Shown: piece after piece, positions 1-9,064 of the stretch | Layout of the letters: each line of letters starts with the position of its first letter | How positions within the stretch are numbered: position 1 is the stretch's first letter | IMG/VR virus record: IMGVR_UViG_3300021399_003927 | Location: 32,001-96,000 of that record | Length of the DNA: 64,000 bases | From: a virus | Taxonomy: Duplodnaviria > Caudoviricetes | Direction: 5' to 3' (one strand) | The notes under the pieces: generated by a model | What the model was told of the DNA's origin: nothing | The model's database searches: none | The model's input: the letters and a program-made list of their open reading frames with translations, nothing else | Program-made: the position numbers and the translations under genes

Positions 1-85
1 TAGTATATGTATTCATATTTTCTAATTTTTTTTTGCAAATATACGATAAACTTACGAAATAGCCAAATATGAAATGTTAAAAATG

Positions 86-607
86 CTAAATAGAGGTTTT
101 ATACTCTGCATAAGATATGAACATTCCCAAAACTATTGCCACAAGCAAAAGTGCTTTTATTGGAAGAATTAATGTTAAATAGCAAAAGAAAATCATCAGT
201 CCAACAGTTGTTGTTATTACACCCCCAACCATTTTGTAGTGAACATCAGTATGCTTTGTTACAATTTCATTAGGATGATTCTTAAAATAGTCTTCGATGA
301 ATATGTCTTCCAACGATTCTTTTGTCACTAGTTCTTTTACATACTTATTTTTTTTTGTCGGCAAACAATGAATAAGTTTTAACCCTTCCATGAACTCAGT
401 AGGAAGTTTTGTTGTTGAAAATTTGACTTTATTCGTCCGTATTATGTAATTATTCCTTACTAGGAAAGAAAGATTATCCTCATGATAGTATTCGTCAAGA
501 CTTTTATATGAAAGCATAAAACTTCCAAACAACTTTCTTTTTTTAAGAGACCCAAAAAAAGAAATGAAATGTTTTAAATATGGACTAGAATGAACTCTTT
601 TTTTCAT
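86..607 (-). CDS. hypothetical membrane protein
   Basis: 173-aa ORF with two hydrophobic C-terminal segments. Confidence 0.6.
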   Translation of the reverse strand: MKKRVHSSPYLKHFISFFGSLKKRKLFGSFMLSYKSLDEYYHEDNLSFLVRNNYIIRTNKVKFSTTKLPTEFMEGLKLIHCLPTKKNKYVKELVTKESLEDIFIEDYFKNHPNEIVTKHTDVHYKMVGGVITTTVGLMIFFCYLTLILPIKALLLVAIVLGMFISYAEYKTSI

Positions 608-828
608 TTATAAAAAAGGTTGTTAAATGGTTTTATAACACGTTTCCAATTAAACAATCTGTTAATGAAGCCTTCACTTTTCAAATCATCAAACAACTCT
701 TTTGCTTCGTTGAACTTTTGCTTGTATATGCTTGTTTGATTTTTCTCTTCAATTAAAGAAGATTCCAAGGACTTAACTTTATCCTTAAGTCCTTGGTACT
801 CTTCCATTGGAATTTCTATACGAGCCAT
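604..828 (-). CDS. hypothetical coiled-coil protein
   Basis: 74-aa ORF overlapping both neighbours. Confidence 0.6.
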   Translation of the reverse strand: MARIEIPMEEYQGLKDKVKSLESSLIEEKNQTSIYKQKFNEAKELFDDLKSEGFINRLFNWKRVIKPFNNLFYK

Positions 829-1391
829 ACTCTTTCTGAATTTTCAATAAAATTAGTAAAGTTATTTGCTGTGTCTTCGGCTATAGCTGGGCTATATTCC
901 TTCATCACTGCGAAATTGACATCAGGTATCGCTTTAACGCCATCTTTCACTGAGTCTGCCACGCAATAGTCATATGCAAGACCGCACACATTAATGACTT
1001 GCGGTTTAATATAGTTGCAAATGTTTACGATGAGGTCGTGAGACTTTTCGTTCTTAAACACAGAATATTCCTCATGCTCTTCATTAAGACCCTTGGTGAC
1101 TATAACATAGTCAGCCTTAATTTCGTTGAGAGCGTCAAGAATCGGCTGATAAATAGCTGCCCCATGAGAGTGCTGAACACAGTGCATTGGCCACATGCCG
1201 CCATTATCCTTAAACGAACAATGTGTAGTAGGATGCCAATCAGCAGTTAGAATGATTTTTTCGTAATCCTTTCCGTGACCTCTGATAAAGTCAGCCAAGT
1301 TATTCATTGCTCTCTCTGCATCATTTACTGGGAGCGTTCCGTTGATGAAATCGTACTGTGCATCAACTATAAGTAAAATCTTTCCGTTCAT
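816..1391 (-). CDS. pncA: nicotinamidase (isochorismatase family)
   Basis: Motifs IVDAQYDF, DWH, WPMHC, K and GLAYDYCV; start moved to MNGK. Confidence 0.9.
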   Translation of the reverse strand: MNGKILLIVDAQYDFINGTLPVNDAERAMNNLADFIRGHGKDYEKIILTADWHPTTHCSFKDNGGMWPMHCVQHSHGAAIYQPILDALNEIKADYVIVTKGLNEEHEEYSVFKNEKSHDLIVNICNYIKPQVINVCGLAYDYCVADSVKDGVKAIPDVNFAVMKEYSPAIAEDTANNFTNFIENSERVWLV

Positions 1392-1666
1392 ATTATTATT
1401 TGTTTTATTTTTCTTATAAATCAATAGAGTCTTCGGTTATGTCATAGGTGACACAACTGTTATGATACTTTTTCACAAATAGGTCGGTGCAATGACCGTC
1501 TTCCTTTTTAGTACCCTTAAATGGGCATTTCTTACATAATGTTCCCATGATTTATTCCTTTTTTGCAAATATATAAAAAATATATTAAATATAAAAATAT
1601 ATTAGTATATAATTTATATTATTTAATATAATTTAATATTATATATTAATTAATTAAGAGTCCAAC

Positions 1667-3076
1667 TCAAGTTGTTAGACTCTTAATTTTATTCTCTACG
1701 ACCTCAAAGCATTCATCTTTCGTAATGTTTGGGTTTTCGAAATAGGCATCTTTGACTGCCTCAAGCAGAACTCCAATTATCGGCCCACCTTTTAATTTAA
1801 ATTCTGCCATAATGTCTTTTCCATTTATAGGCAGTTTGATGTTGGCCATCTTATCAATGTCCTCAAGCTCTTCTATTCTGTTAAGAAGGTCGTACACTTG
1901 TCGTTTTTTCTTGCCGTATGTGGAATGTAGGTTATTGGCGTTCATTAGGTCAACCACTGTTCCGATGTCGTTTCCGCATAGATTCATGAACTTTCTGATT
2001 TTCTTATCTGGAGGTACTACACCATCCGCATAGATTTTGAAAATCCTATGATATTCTATAGCAGTTTGTACACTTTTAATGATGTAGTTTGGAAACTTCA
2101 TCATCTTCAAGTCTGTTGCTGCCACTTCTGCACTAAACTTGTCAGGACTAACTGTTCTCATTCTATCAGTAACAATCTTACCAACGTCATGGAATAACGC
2201 TGCCAATCTGCTTTCAAGGTATGGCTGCGTTTCGTCCAACACATTCATTGTATGGTCAAATGTTGTCACCATTGGGTTTTTAGACTCATACGCAAAGTTA
2301 GTGTCGTATATATCTGGCATTACCTTGTTCAGCACGCCACAGTAATACATTTTCCTTATGCCAACGCTAGGTTTGCTGCATGACAGAATTTTTGAAATTT
2401 CATCACTGATTCGTTCTTGTGATACGATTTCCAACCTATTTACGTTTTTAATCATACCAAGCCATGTGTCCTTATCAATACCCCATCCTAGACGAGTTGA
2501 GAAACGAATGACACGCAATATGCGCAATGGGTCATCGTTAAAAATGATGTCTGGGTCACTTGGTGTTCTAATGACTTGGTTGCACAAGTCATCCAAACCT
2601 TTTTTGTTGAAATCAAAAATCTGTTCTGTGCTGATGTTGTAGTAAAGAGCATTAATTGTCAAATCCCTTCTTGCAGCATCTTCTTCAATTGTTCCAAACG
2701 CAGTATCAGGATTTCTGCTCTCTTTTCTATATTGCTCCTTACGAGTCTGCACACATTCTATTTCAATGTCCTTTAGGTCTTCATCCTTGTACAATTGGAA
2801 CTTGGCTGTACCATAGTTCTCAAATACCACTGGGTTTGTATTGGCCGCATAGCACTGATTACGGATGGCCATAAAGTTAGCAAACAGTATCCCACCGTTG
2901 TGGATTTCTACAACAATATCAATGTCTTTGACTTTTTGTCCTAACAGCAAATCCCTTATACATCCACCAACGTAATACACCTTTCCTTCAAAATGCGTAC
3001 CTTTGATACATTGCTGAATAAGGTTTGTTAACTTTATTATTCTCTCGTCAGCATTCTTAAATAATACTTCGTTCAT
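1667..3076 (-). CDS. cca: CCA tRNA nucleotidyltransferase with HD domain
   Basis: VGGCIRD, DIDI, RRDLTINAL, DDPLRILR, ERI, LFHDVGK; most tRNA genes here lack an encoded CCA. Confidence 0.9.
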   Translation of the reverse strand: MNEVLFKNADERIIKLTNLIQQCIKGTHFEGKVYYVGGCIRDLLLGQKVKDIDIVVEIHNGGILFANFMAIRNQCYAANTNPVVFENYGTAKFQLYKDEDLKDIEIECVQTRKEQYRKESRNPDTAFGTIEEDAARRDLTINALYYNISTEQIFDFNKKGLDDLCNQVIRTPSDPDIIFNDDPLRILRVIRFSTRLGWGIDKDTWLGMIKNVNRLEIVSQERISDEISKILSCSKPSVGIRKMYYCGVLNKVMPDIYDTNFAYESKNPMVTTFDHTMNVLDETQPYLESRLAALFHDVGKIVTDRMRTVSPDKFSAEVAATDLKMMKFPNYIIKSVQTAIEYHRIFKIYADGVVPPDKKIRKFMNLCGNDIGTVVDLMNANNLHSTYGKKKRQVYDLLNRIEELEDIDKMANIKLPINGKDIMAEFKLKGGPIIGVLLEAVKDAYFENPNITKDECFEVVENKIKSLTT

Positions 3077-3309
3077 TGGTAAGTATTTACAAATTCTTCT
3101 ATAACTTTCTGAATCCATTTTCTATTCATGTCCGCCCAATACCGAAAACCTTCATTAGTTTTGTTCCAAGGAATTGAGGCCACTGTAAAAAATGGCTTAT
3201 TAGGGGCTTGTCCAAACTTTCTTAAATAATAACAGTATTTCACGTAACACCCATTCTCTTTTAAGAACTTTGAAAGTTTGGGGCTAATCTGTTTTTCGCT
3301 TTCCATCAA
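3073..3309 (-). CDS. hypothetical protein
   Basis: Short ORF with 4-nt overlaps to its neighbours. Confidence 0.55.
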   Translation of the reverse strand: MMESEKQISPKLSKFLKENGCYVKYCYYLRKFGQAPNKPFFTVASIPWNKTNEGFRYWADMNRKWIQKVIEEFVNTYQ

Positions 3310-4262
3310 TTTACAAACTCTAAAGGATATAAAAATCTTGACAATTCATGGTCATAGTAAAAAACTAGGTCAGAATCGTTTATTTTCATCCCATTGAGTA
3401 GTTTATACACTTGAGGGTAATAAGTGGCAGGAACGCAATGTAAACTGCGTCTACGCCCATTTAGATAATCTTCTTTAATATACGCCACAACCTTTGAGTT
3501 GGATGTATGACGTTTGAACTCCTTATGAGTGAGTTTAAACTTGTTCACTCTGAACATAAAGCCGTCATACTCCTTATCTGCGACTTTAACTCTCTCAAAT
3601 TCTTCCTCAGTTCCATTAAATTTGAGAATAATCTCATCTGTTTTAATGGAAAATAAGGTGAACTTGTCTCTAAGGTCATCGGCAAGCAGCCTAGCAAATT
3701 CATTGCTAATTCTTTTTTCAATTGCAGCAGTCCTTTTACCGTTCAGCTTACCGAATGTCTCTTGCCTAAGTTGCTTGGCCTTTTGGAAATATTCGATGTC
3801 AGTAAATTTGCTTATGAATTCCTCATAAGTTCTAGCATCCTTTACGATTGCTGGATTAGCATACCTCAATGCTTGGAAATTGGCCTTAATCATGTCGTAT
3901 GATATGAAAAAGCATCCGCTTTGCTCTTGAGTATAAAGTTCACGAGAACCTACGATAGGAGCATAGTCTTTAAGGACGTTCTTATCAGCGTTAAACTCCT
4001 TATAGGCTTCTGAGTTTTCAATATATGCCAATACATCTTTCACCACTTTGTTGCGATACTCTAGGAAACTGTTAGGGCTACCGTTGAACTTCTCTTCAAT
4101 TAGATTTAATAGAGAGTTATATTTGGTCAAAGCCCCACGGTCATCTTCAAGGAGTTTCAGAATATCCTCAAAGTATGGCGACTGTACCACTGGAATGGGC
4201 AGACTGAAATCACTTACAAAGCGGCTTCTGAGTTGTTTGATTTCTAATGATGTTTCTACCAT
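3306..4262 (-). CDS. hypothetical protein with polymerase-palm-like motifs
   Basis: ISYDMIKANF and SIKTDEII resemble family B polymerase motifs A and C; promoter directly upstream. Confidence 0.45.
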   Translation of the reverse strand: MVETSLEIKQLRSRFVSDFSLPIPVVQSPYFEDILKLLEDDRGALTKYNSLLNLIEEKFNGSPNSFLEYRNKVVKDVLAYIENSEAYKEFNADKNVLKDYAPIVGSRELYTQEQSGCFFISYDMIKANFQALRYANPAIVKDARTYEEFISKFTDIEYFQKAKQLRQETFGKLNGKRTAAIEKRISNEFARLLADDLRDKFTLFSIKTDEIILKFNGTEEEFERVKVADKEYDGFMFRVNKFKLTHKEFKRHTSNSKVVAYIKEDYLNGRRRSLHCVPATYYPQVYKLLNGMKINDSDLVFYYDHELSRFLYPLEFVN

Positions 4263-4332
4263 AATATATTTTTTTGCAAATATATGAAAAAAACGTGAGA
4301 TACCAAAATATCCCACGTTAAAGTTTATTAAA

Positions 4333-5103
4333 TCAGCCATTATTGATTGAACATTCAAATATTGTGACTAACGCATTTGGGTCTAGGTTCTTTATAAACC
4401 TATCATAAAACGTACTAACCCATTCAGTTTCATCGCCATTAAATGAATCTACGTCAACCCACCCATCTTTGTCAACAAAGGCATAGTTCCAATAAGAGGT
4501 GCTGTAGTTTACATACTCTTCTTCTGATTTGAATTTACGGAAATATGCTTCTTTGTCTTTCATGGCGTTATAGATGGCCTCTTCTTCCGTATTTGAAGGT
4601 GTTTTACCTTCCATAACCATTTCCCAAGCAGCTTCATAGACGCTTGTGTTTGTTCGTGTCATTGATTCCCAATCCACTTCACTTACATGAGCGGAGTAGG
4701 CTTCCATGCCATTTTTCAATAGCAATGGCATAGAGAAATTCCTTCCCACCCTACAAGTGTTGAAATGTGCATTAGGATTTTCGGTTGATAATGCATTTCC
4801 ATCCTCATCGTAATACATTCCATCTGTAAGTTGTCTGTAATACTCGAATGAGGTTTGCTTTTTAAGCTCTTCTAAGCGCGTTTTAAGCGTTTCTTGTGTG
4901 GTTGGTGGTATTCCTATCTTGTCAGCTTCATCAAGCAGTTTCTCAAGCGTTTTAATAGATGCTTGCTGATACTTCTTAGCATCAAGATATTTGTATTTGA
5001 CATATGGTTCGACTTCATAGTCTGCGCCATATTTCTCCATCATTTTCTGCGGCTCTTCTCCTACGGCCATTACAGAAAAAAATCTACTATTCGTCTGCGC
5101 CAT
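4333..5103 (-). CDS. hypothetical protein
   Basis: 256-aa ORF. Confidence 0.7.
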   Translation of the reverse strand: MAQTNSRFFSVMAVGEEPQKMMEKYGADYEVEPYVKYKYLDAKKYQQASIKTLEKLLDEADKIGIPPTTQETLKTRLEELKKQTSFEYYRQLTDGMYYDEDGNALSTENPNAHFNTCRVGRNFSMPLLLKNGMEAYSAHVSEVDWESMTRTNTSVYEAAWEMVMEGKTPSNTEEEAIYNAMKDKEAYFRKFKSEEEYVNYSTSYWNYAFVDKDGWVDVDSFNGDETEWVSTFYDRFIKNLDPNALVTIFECSINNG

Positions 5104-5106
5104 AAA

Positions 5107-6558
5107 TTATCTGTTTGGATGGTTTAGTTCGCCTATATAGTGCGGCATTTCAAAATGTATTTGGCCACCCCTAACTGGTTCATATTCAATACGAGGTTCT
5201 TGAATGTCAACAGCAGCTGTTGCTGCGTCTGCTGCGAATATTTGGTTTAATACCCCACGGTTTTCTTCTCTTCGTGCTACGGCTGCATCCTCTACTTCTT
5301 CACCGTGCAGCAGTGTGTTAATGTAATCCCTAGCCGTTTGTTGGTCAATTCTGCCACCAAATATATCATTAAGGGAATCATCATCGTCATTTGCCACAGC
5401 AACAGCATCTACTCCTTCCATAGGTTCGCCACCTTCTACTTCTTCATCACCTATAAGCTCACCGTTCTCTACATCGTCCTCTTCAACGTCAAAGGCATTT
5501 GGCATTTCACTTCCTATGCTTTCAATTTTTTTAATAAGCTCATCCATCACTTCTTTATTGTAGGAAATTTTGGTTGAAGAATCAAAATTTACTCCAAAAT
5601 TAGCAGACACGCAATCATTGAAAGAATACGTTTCTTGTTTGCCTAGAGATTGAAACAGAATATCATTTACGATATTGTTGTGATTTGCCTTATATTTTGT
5701 GTAAAACCAAGTATATGGTTTTTTGTTTTTGCTAATAATCTTTTCATACACCTTATCCATGAGCCTTCTTTCATTAAGAATGTCCTCAAGGAGTGACTTG
5801 TCTTTCAACGCCCAAGAACTCTTATTGAAGGAGTTCGTGCCAGGAAATGCAAACGATGGACATGTGCTAGACACTATACAAGCGATGTCATAGTCTTCTA
5901 ATATACTGTCAATAGCCTTTTCATTGTAAACAAAGTTTTCATCTTCCCAATACAGTTTCCTACCGATTCTTTCTTGCTGCGCCTTTTTCCATTCCCTATC
6001 CAATGAAATGCTTCCACCCAAACAGAGGCAGTTGAATGATTTAAACTTAACTATTGAATAATCAGGTACTGTCTTCACATTTGACAGATTGATTTCTTCA
6101 TTGTTGAACAAACTAGGGTTGTCGCTGTTTCCTCTGACAAACAGCACATGGCAGTTATTGTCACTTAAAACTGTATTGAAATTGTTAAACTTAGAAATGT
6201 AGAAAGATGTGTCTTTGCTACCCAATCCACAATTTCCGCATACGATTACAATAGTGTCATTTAAGAAACTACGCACACTTGGCCTCATCTTTTTACGCCA
6301 TGCCCTAGAACTGTCAAATGTAGGAGCTTGCAAACCCAAAGGATTGGCAAAAGGATTGGCAACTTGTTCTCTAAGTCTTTCCTCTTCTTTCCTTTTAAGT
6401 CTCTCTTGTCTTTCAGCTTCTTTTGGATGAATTTCTTTTGATACGTTCTGTGTATGAGGCAGTCTTATTATAACGTTTTCGATGAATTTGTCAAGACCAT
6501 TTTCTATACTGCCATAAAGCACACACTTATTAATCGGTTCGTAATCATAAATTTTCAT
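5107..6558 (-). CDS. calcineurin-like metallophosphoesterase fold, degenerate active site, acidic C-terminus
   Basis: YGSIENG, VCGNCG, VRGNSDNP and GGSISLDR align to the GDxHG, GD and GNHD motifs with metal ligands replaced. Confidence 0.6.
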   Translation of the reverse strand: MKIYDYEPINKCVLYGSIENGLDKFIENVIIRLPHTQNVSKEIHPKEAERQERLKRKEEERLREQVANPFANPLGLQAPTFDSSRAWRKKMRPSVRSFLNDTIVIVCGNCGLGSKDTSFYISKFNNFNTVLSDNNCHVLFVRGNSDNPSLFNNEEINLSNVKTVPDYSIVKFKSFNCLCLGGSISLDREWKKAQQERIGRKLYWEDENFVYNEKAIDSILEDYDIACIVSSTCPSFAFPGTNSFNKSSWALKDKSLLEDILNERRLMDKVYEKIISKNKKPYTWFYTKYKANHNNIVNDILFQSLGKQETYSFNDCVSANFGVNFDSSTKISYNKEVMDELIKKIESIGSEMPNAFDVEEDDVENGELIGDEEVEGGEPMEGVDAVAVANDDDDSLNDIFGGRIDQQTARDYINTLLHGEEVEDAAVARREENRGVLNQIFAADAATAAVDIQEPRIEYEPVRGGQIHFEMPHYIGELNHPNR

Positions 6559-6700
6559 ACTTGTTAGGTTTTTTAAAAATTCGACATAATATTTCTTTTT
6601 GCAAAGATATGTTTTTTTTTCTTAATTTCCAAAATTTGAACAATAAAAAATGAGTGATACTTTCAAAATCGCACCACTCATTTCTGTATGTGTATGTAGT

Positions 6701-8743
6701 TTACATTGCCCTAGTAAGCTCGTATTCCAATGAGTCCTCCGTCTCAACCTCAACGTTGTCATTGAAGATGGCTTCGTTAGGCTTGATGTACTCCTTAAGG
6801 TCTATCTTACAAGACTTTGCGAGTTTCTTGTCCTCCTCCCTAACCTTAAGGTCAGGTCTCTGACCAATAATCTTCAATGCCTCAAGGTTGTTATTCACGA
6901 TGCACTGTCCAAGTGCAGCACAACCAAAGTCATTAACGTTGTTGACGTTGACGTTCTTCTTTGCTGCAAGAATTTTCACAACCCACAATTGGCTTGGGAA
7001 TTCACATGCCACGTTAATGGCCGTATCGTGATTAAGGTCAAGCGTATTGAAGTCGAATGTCTTGCTAGAAAGAATTGACTTAATCATGGTAGTAAGCAGT
7101 TTGTTGTCCTCCTTAGAAGTGACAATCTCATCACTGCCATGCAGATAAAGAAGTGACTCAAGAAGTGTCTCACCAAAGCCGTCTTCAATCTTAGAGTTGA
7201 ACTTAGGATGGTTCACAATAACATCGAAGAGCTTATACATCTTGTTGTTGATGGCAGAGAACACAGGAACTCTTGTGTTAAATTCATAGTTAACGTCAAT
7301 GTTGTTGCCCTCTTTATTGATAAGCTCAATTGCACCAAGCTCATCGTTCTCGTCAATCAGCTTGTGGAGCAAGATGGATGGGTCAATGGCCTCACGGTTC
7401 AGATATGCGTCACTTGAAATGCCAATCTTTGACAGATAGCCTTGCTTGGTCAAATCTGTTCCGAATGTTTCATTTGCACGAACCAAAGATAGTGTACCAT
7501 ATTGGTCTTTGCGGTACTGCATTGCAATCATGGACATGTCATCGTTGTAGTTGAGGTTGAAGTCCATGAAGAGATACAACTTATTATTGGTGTCCACAGA
7601 GAAGTTTCCACTCTTGATGAAACTGTGACCCACAAGCTTATCAAATCCATTCTTGTTAAGGATATTGATAATCAAACGACCATCGCCCTCGTATGCAATT
7701 GCATAGTTTGACGGTTCTTTCTTCACCATTTCAAGAATGGATGCAATAGTCCAAGTGAAACCAATGTTCCTAGGCAGACGCATGAACTTGCTAGCCTTAA
7801 CACCAATATTTGCAAGAAGCTTATGGATGTTAAGAGTTTCATTACCTTGCTTGAAATCACTTAGCATGTCTCTGTTGTCGCAAGTCTGAGCAATGATAAT
7901 TCCACTACCACCCTCAACTGTGAATCCAACGTGTGCGAAACAGTCAGTTTCCTTACGGCTGAAATCAAACAAGAAGTATTGGTCACGCTTGCCATCGTAA
8001 CGTGTCACATAATCTGAGAAGAAATGTGACTCACGAGTAATACACCACTGTGTACGGCCACTACCACAAAGCTTGTGGCTAGAATCGAATGACGGAACGC
8101 GAATAATAACAACAGACCCTTCGTTGTACACGATTTCGCAATCGCTAGCATTATGCTCAAGGTAACAAAGCATGTCTTCCTTATCCCATTCATATGTCTC
8201 TTCAAGACAGCTATTGATTGCCGCTAGCAAAGAGTCAGCAGTTTTCAGTGCAGAGCAAGTGCTATAGAACTTGTTCTTGCGACCCATAGGCTTTTTATTG
8301 AAGAGTTTGAACACATTGTACCATTTCTTAATCGTGGCATCGCTGTAAGCTTCAAGAGCCGTATATTCCTTATCAAGGAGTGCCTTGGTAAGAATCTTCC
8401 TTTGGTCAGTGTTAAAGTGCGAAATGATGTTCTTGATTAATGCCAATCTGTCAAGTCCTTCCATTTCCTTTTTCAACTGAGCAATACCTGATTTATTAGA
8501 GTAGGACACAATGTTCTTTTTCGCAAGCTTACTGATGAGGTTCTGATTTTCAGCAATCCAATCGTGAATCTGCTGTAAATCCTCAAAAGTTAATGACTGT
8601 GAGAAAATCATCTTAACAGCCCAATTCTGATAGTTGGTCTGCCCATCGAACATTTCTACTACGCTAATAAACAATTTGTTAGTCTCTGGATTGATTTGAT
8701 ACTTATCAATCAAGGGCTGCATCTGTTTTTTGTTGTAAGTCAT
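6701..8743 (-). CDS. large hypothetical protein with WCI motif and C-terminal ankyrin repeats
   Basis: TQWCIT motif; GETLL, DTAINVA and GCAAL ankyrin-like repeats. Confidence 0.65.
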   Translation of the reverse strand: MTYNKKQMQPLIDKYQINPETNKLFISVVEMFDGQTNYQNWAVKMIFSQSLTFEDLQQIHDWIAENQNLISKLAKKNIVSYSNKSGIAQLKKEMEGLDRLALIKNIISHFNTDQRKILTKALLDKEYTALEAYSDATIKKWYNVFKLFNKKPMGRKNKFYSTCSALKTADSLLAAINSCLEETYEWDKEDMLCYLEHNASDCEIVYNEGSVVIIRVPSFDSSHKLCGSGRTQWCITRESHFFSDYVTRYDGKRDQYFLFDFSRKETDCFAHVGFTVEGGSGIIIAQTCDNRDMLSDFKQGNETLNIHKLLANIGVKASKFMRLPRNIGFTWTIASILEMVKKEPSNYAIAYEGDGRLIINILNKNGFDKLVGHSFIKSGNFSVDTNNKLYLFMDFNLNYNDDMSMIAMQYRKDQYGTLSLVRANETFGTDLTKQGYLSKIGISSDAYLNREAIDPSILLHKLIDENDELGAIELINKEGNNIDVNYEFNTRVPVFSAINNKMYKLFDVIVNHPKFNSKIEDGFGETLLESLLYLHGSDEIVTSKEDNKLLTTMIKSILSSKTFDFNTLDLNHDTAINVACEFPSQLWVVKILAAKKNVNVNNVNDFGCAALGQCIVNNNLEALKIIGQRPDLKVREEDKKLAKSCKIDLKEYIKPNEAIFNDNVEVETEDSLEYELTRAM

Positions 8744-8828
8744 TGATTATTTAATTTATATTATTCAACTTTTTTGTGCAAATATATAGTTAATTTTCAA
8801 AAATGCAAAGTTTTTCGTGTTAACAAAT

Positions 8829-9014
8829 CTAAAAACATGAAAAATATATTGTCCAAGCTATTATAATGACCATCATCATAATGAAGGAATATATTGCACT
8901 ACTCTTTGTTTCGTCTTCACTAAATGCAATTACTCTTACTGCTTTGCTGAATTTATCGTTTATGAAAAACACTGTAAATGCAATTGCAATAAATAAAACT
9001 AAAGCTTTTATCAT
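8829..9014 (-). CDS. small membrane protein
   Basis: Two hydrophobic helices; start at MIKAL. Confidence 0.5.
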   Translation of the reverse strand: MIKALVLFIAIAFTVFFINDKFSKAVRVIAFSEDETKSSAIYSFIMMMVIIIAWTIYFSCF

Positions 9015-9064
9015 TTTATGCCTAATATTATGTGGTGTGCCGTTAAGACACACCACTTATTATT

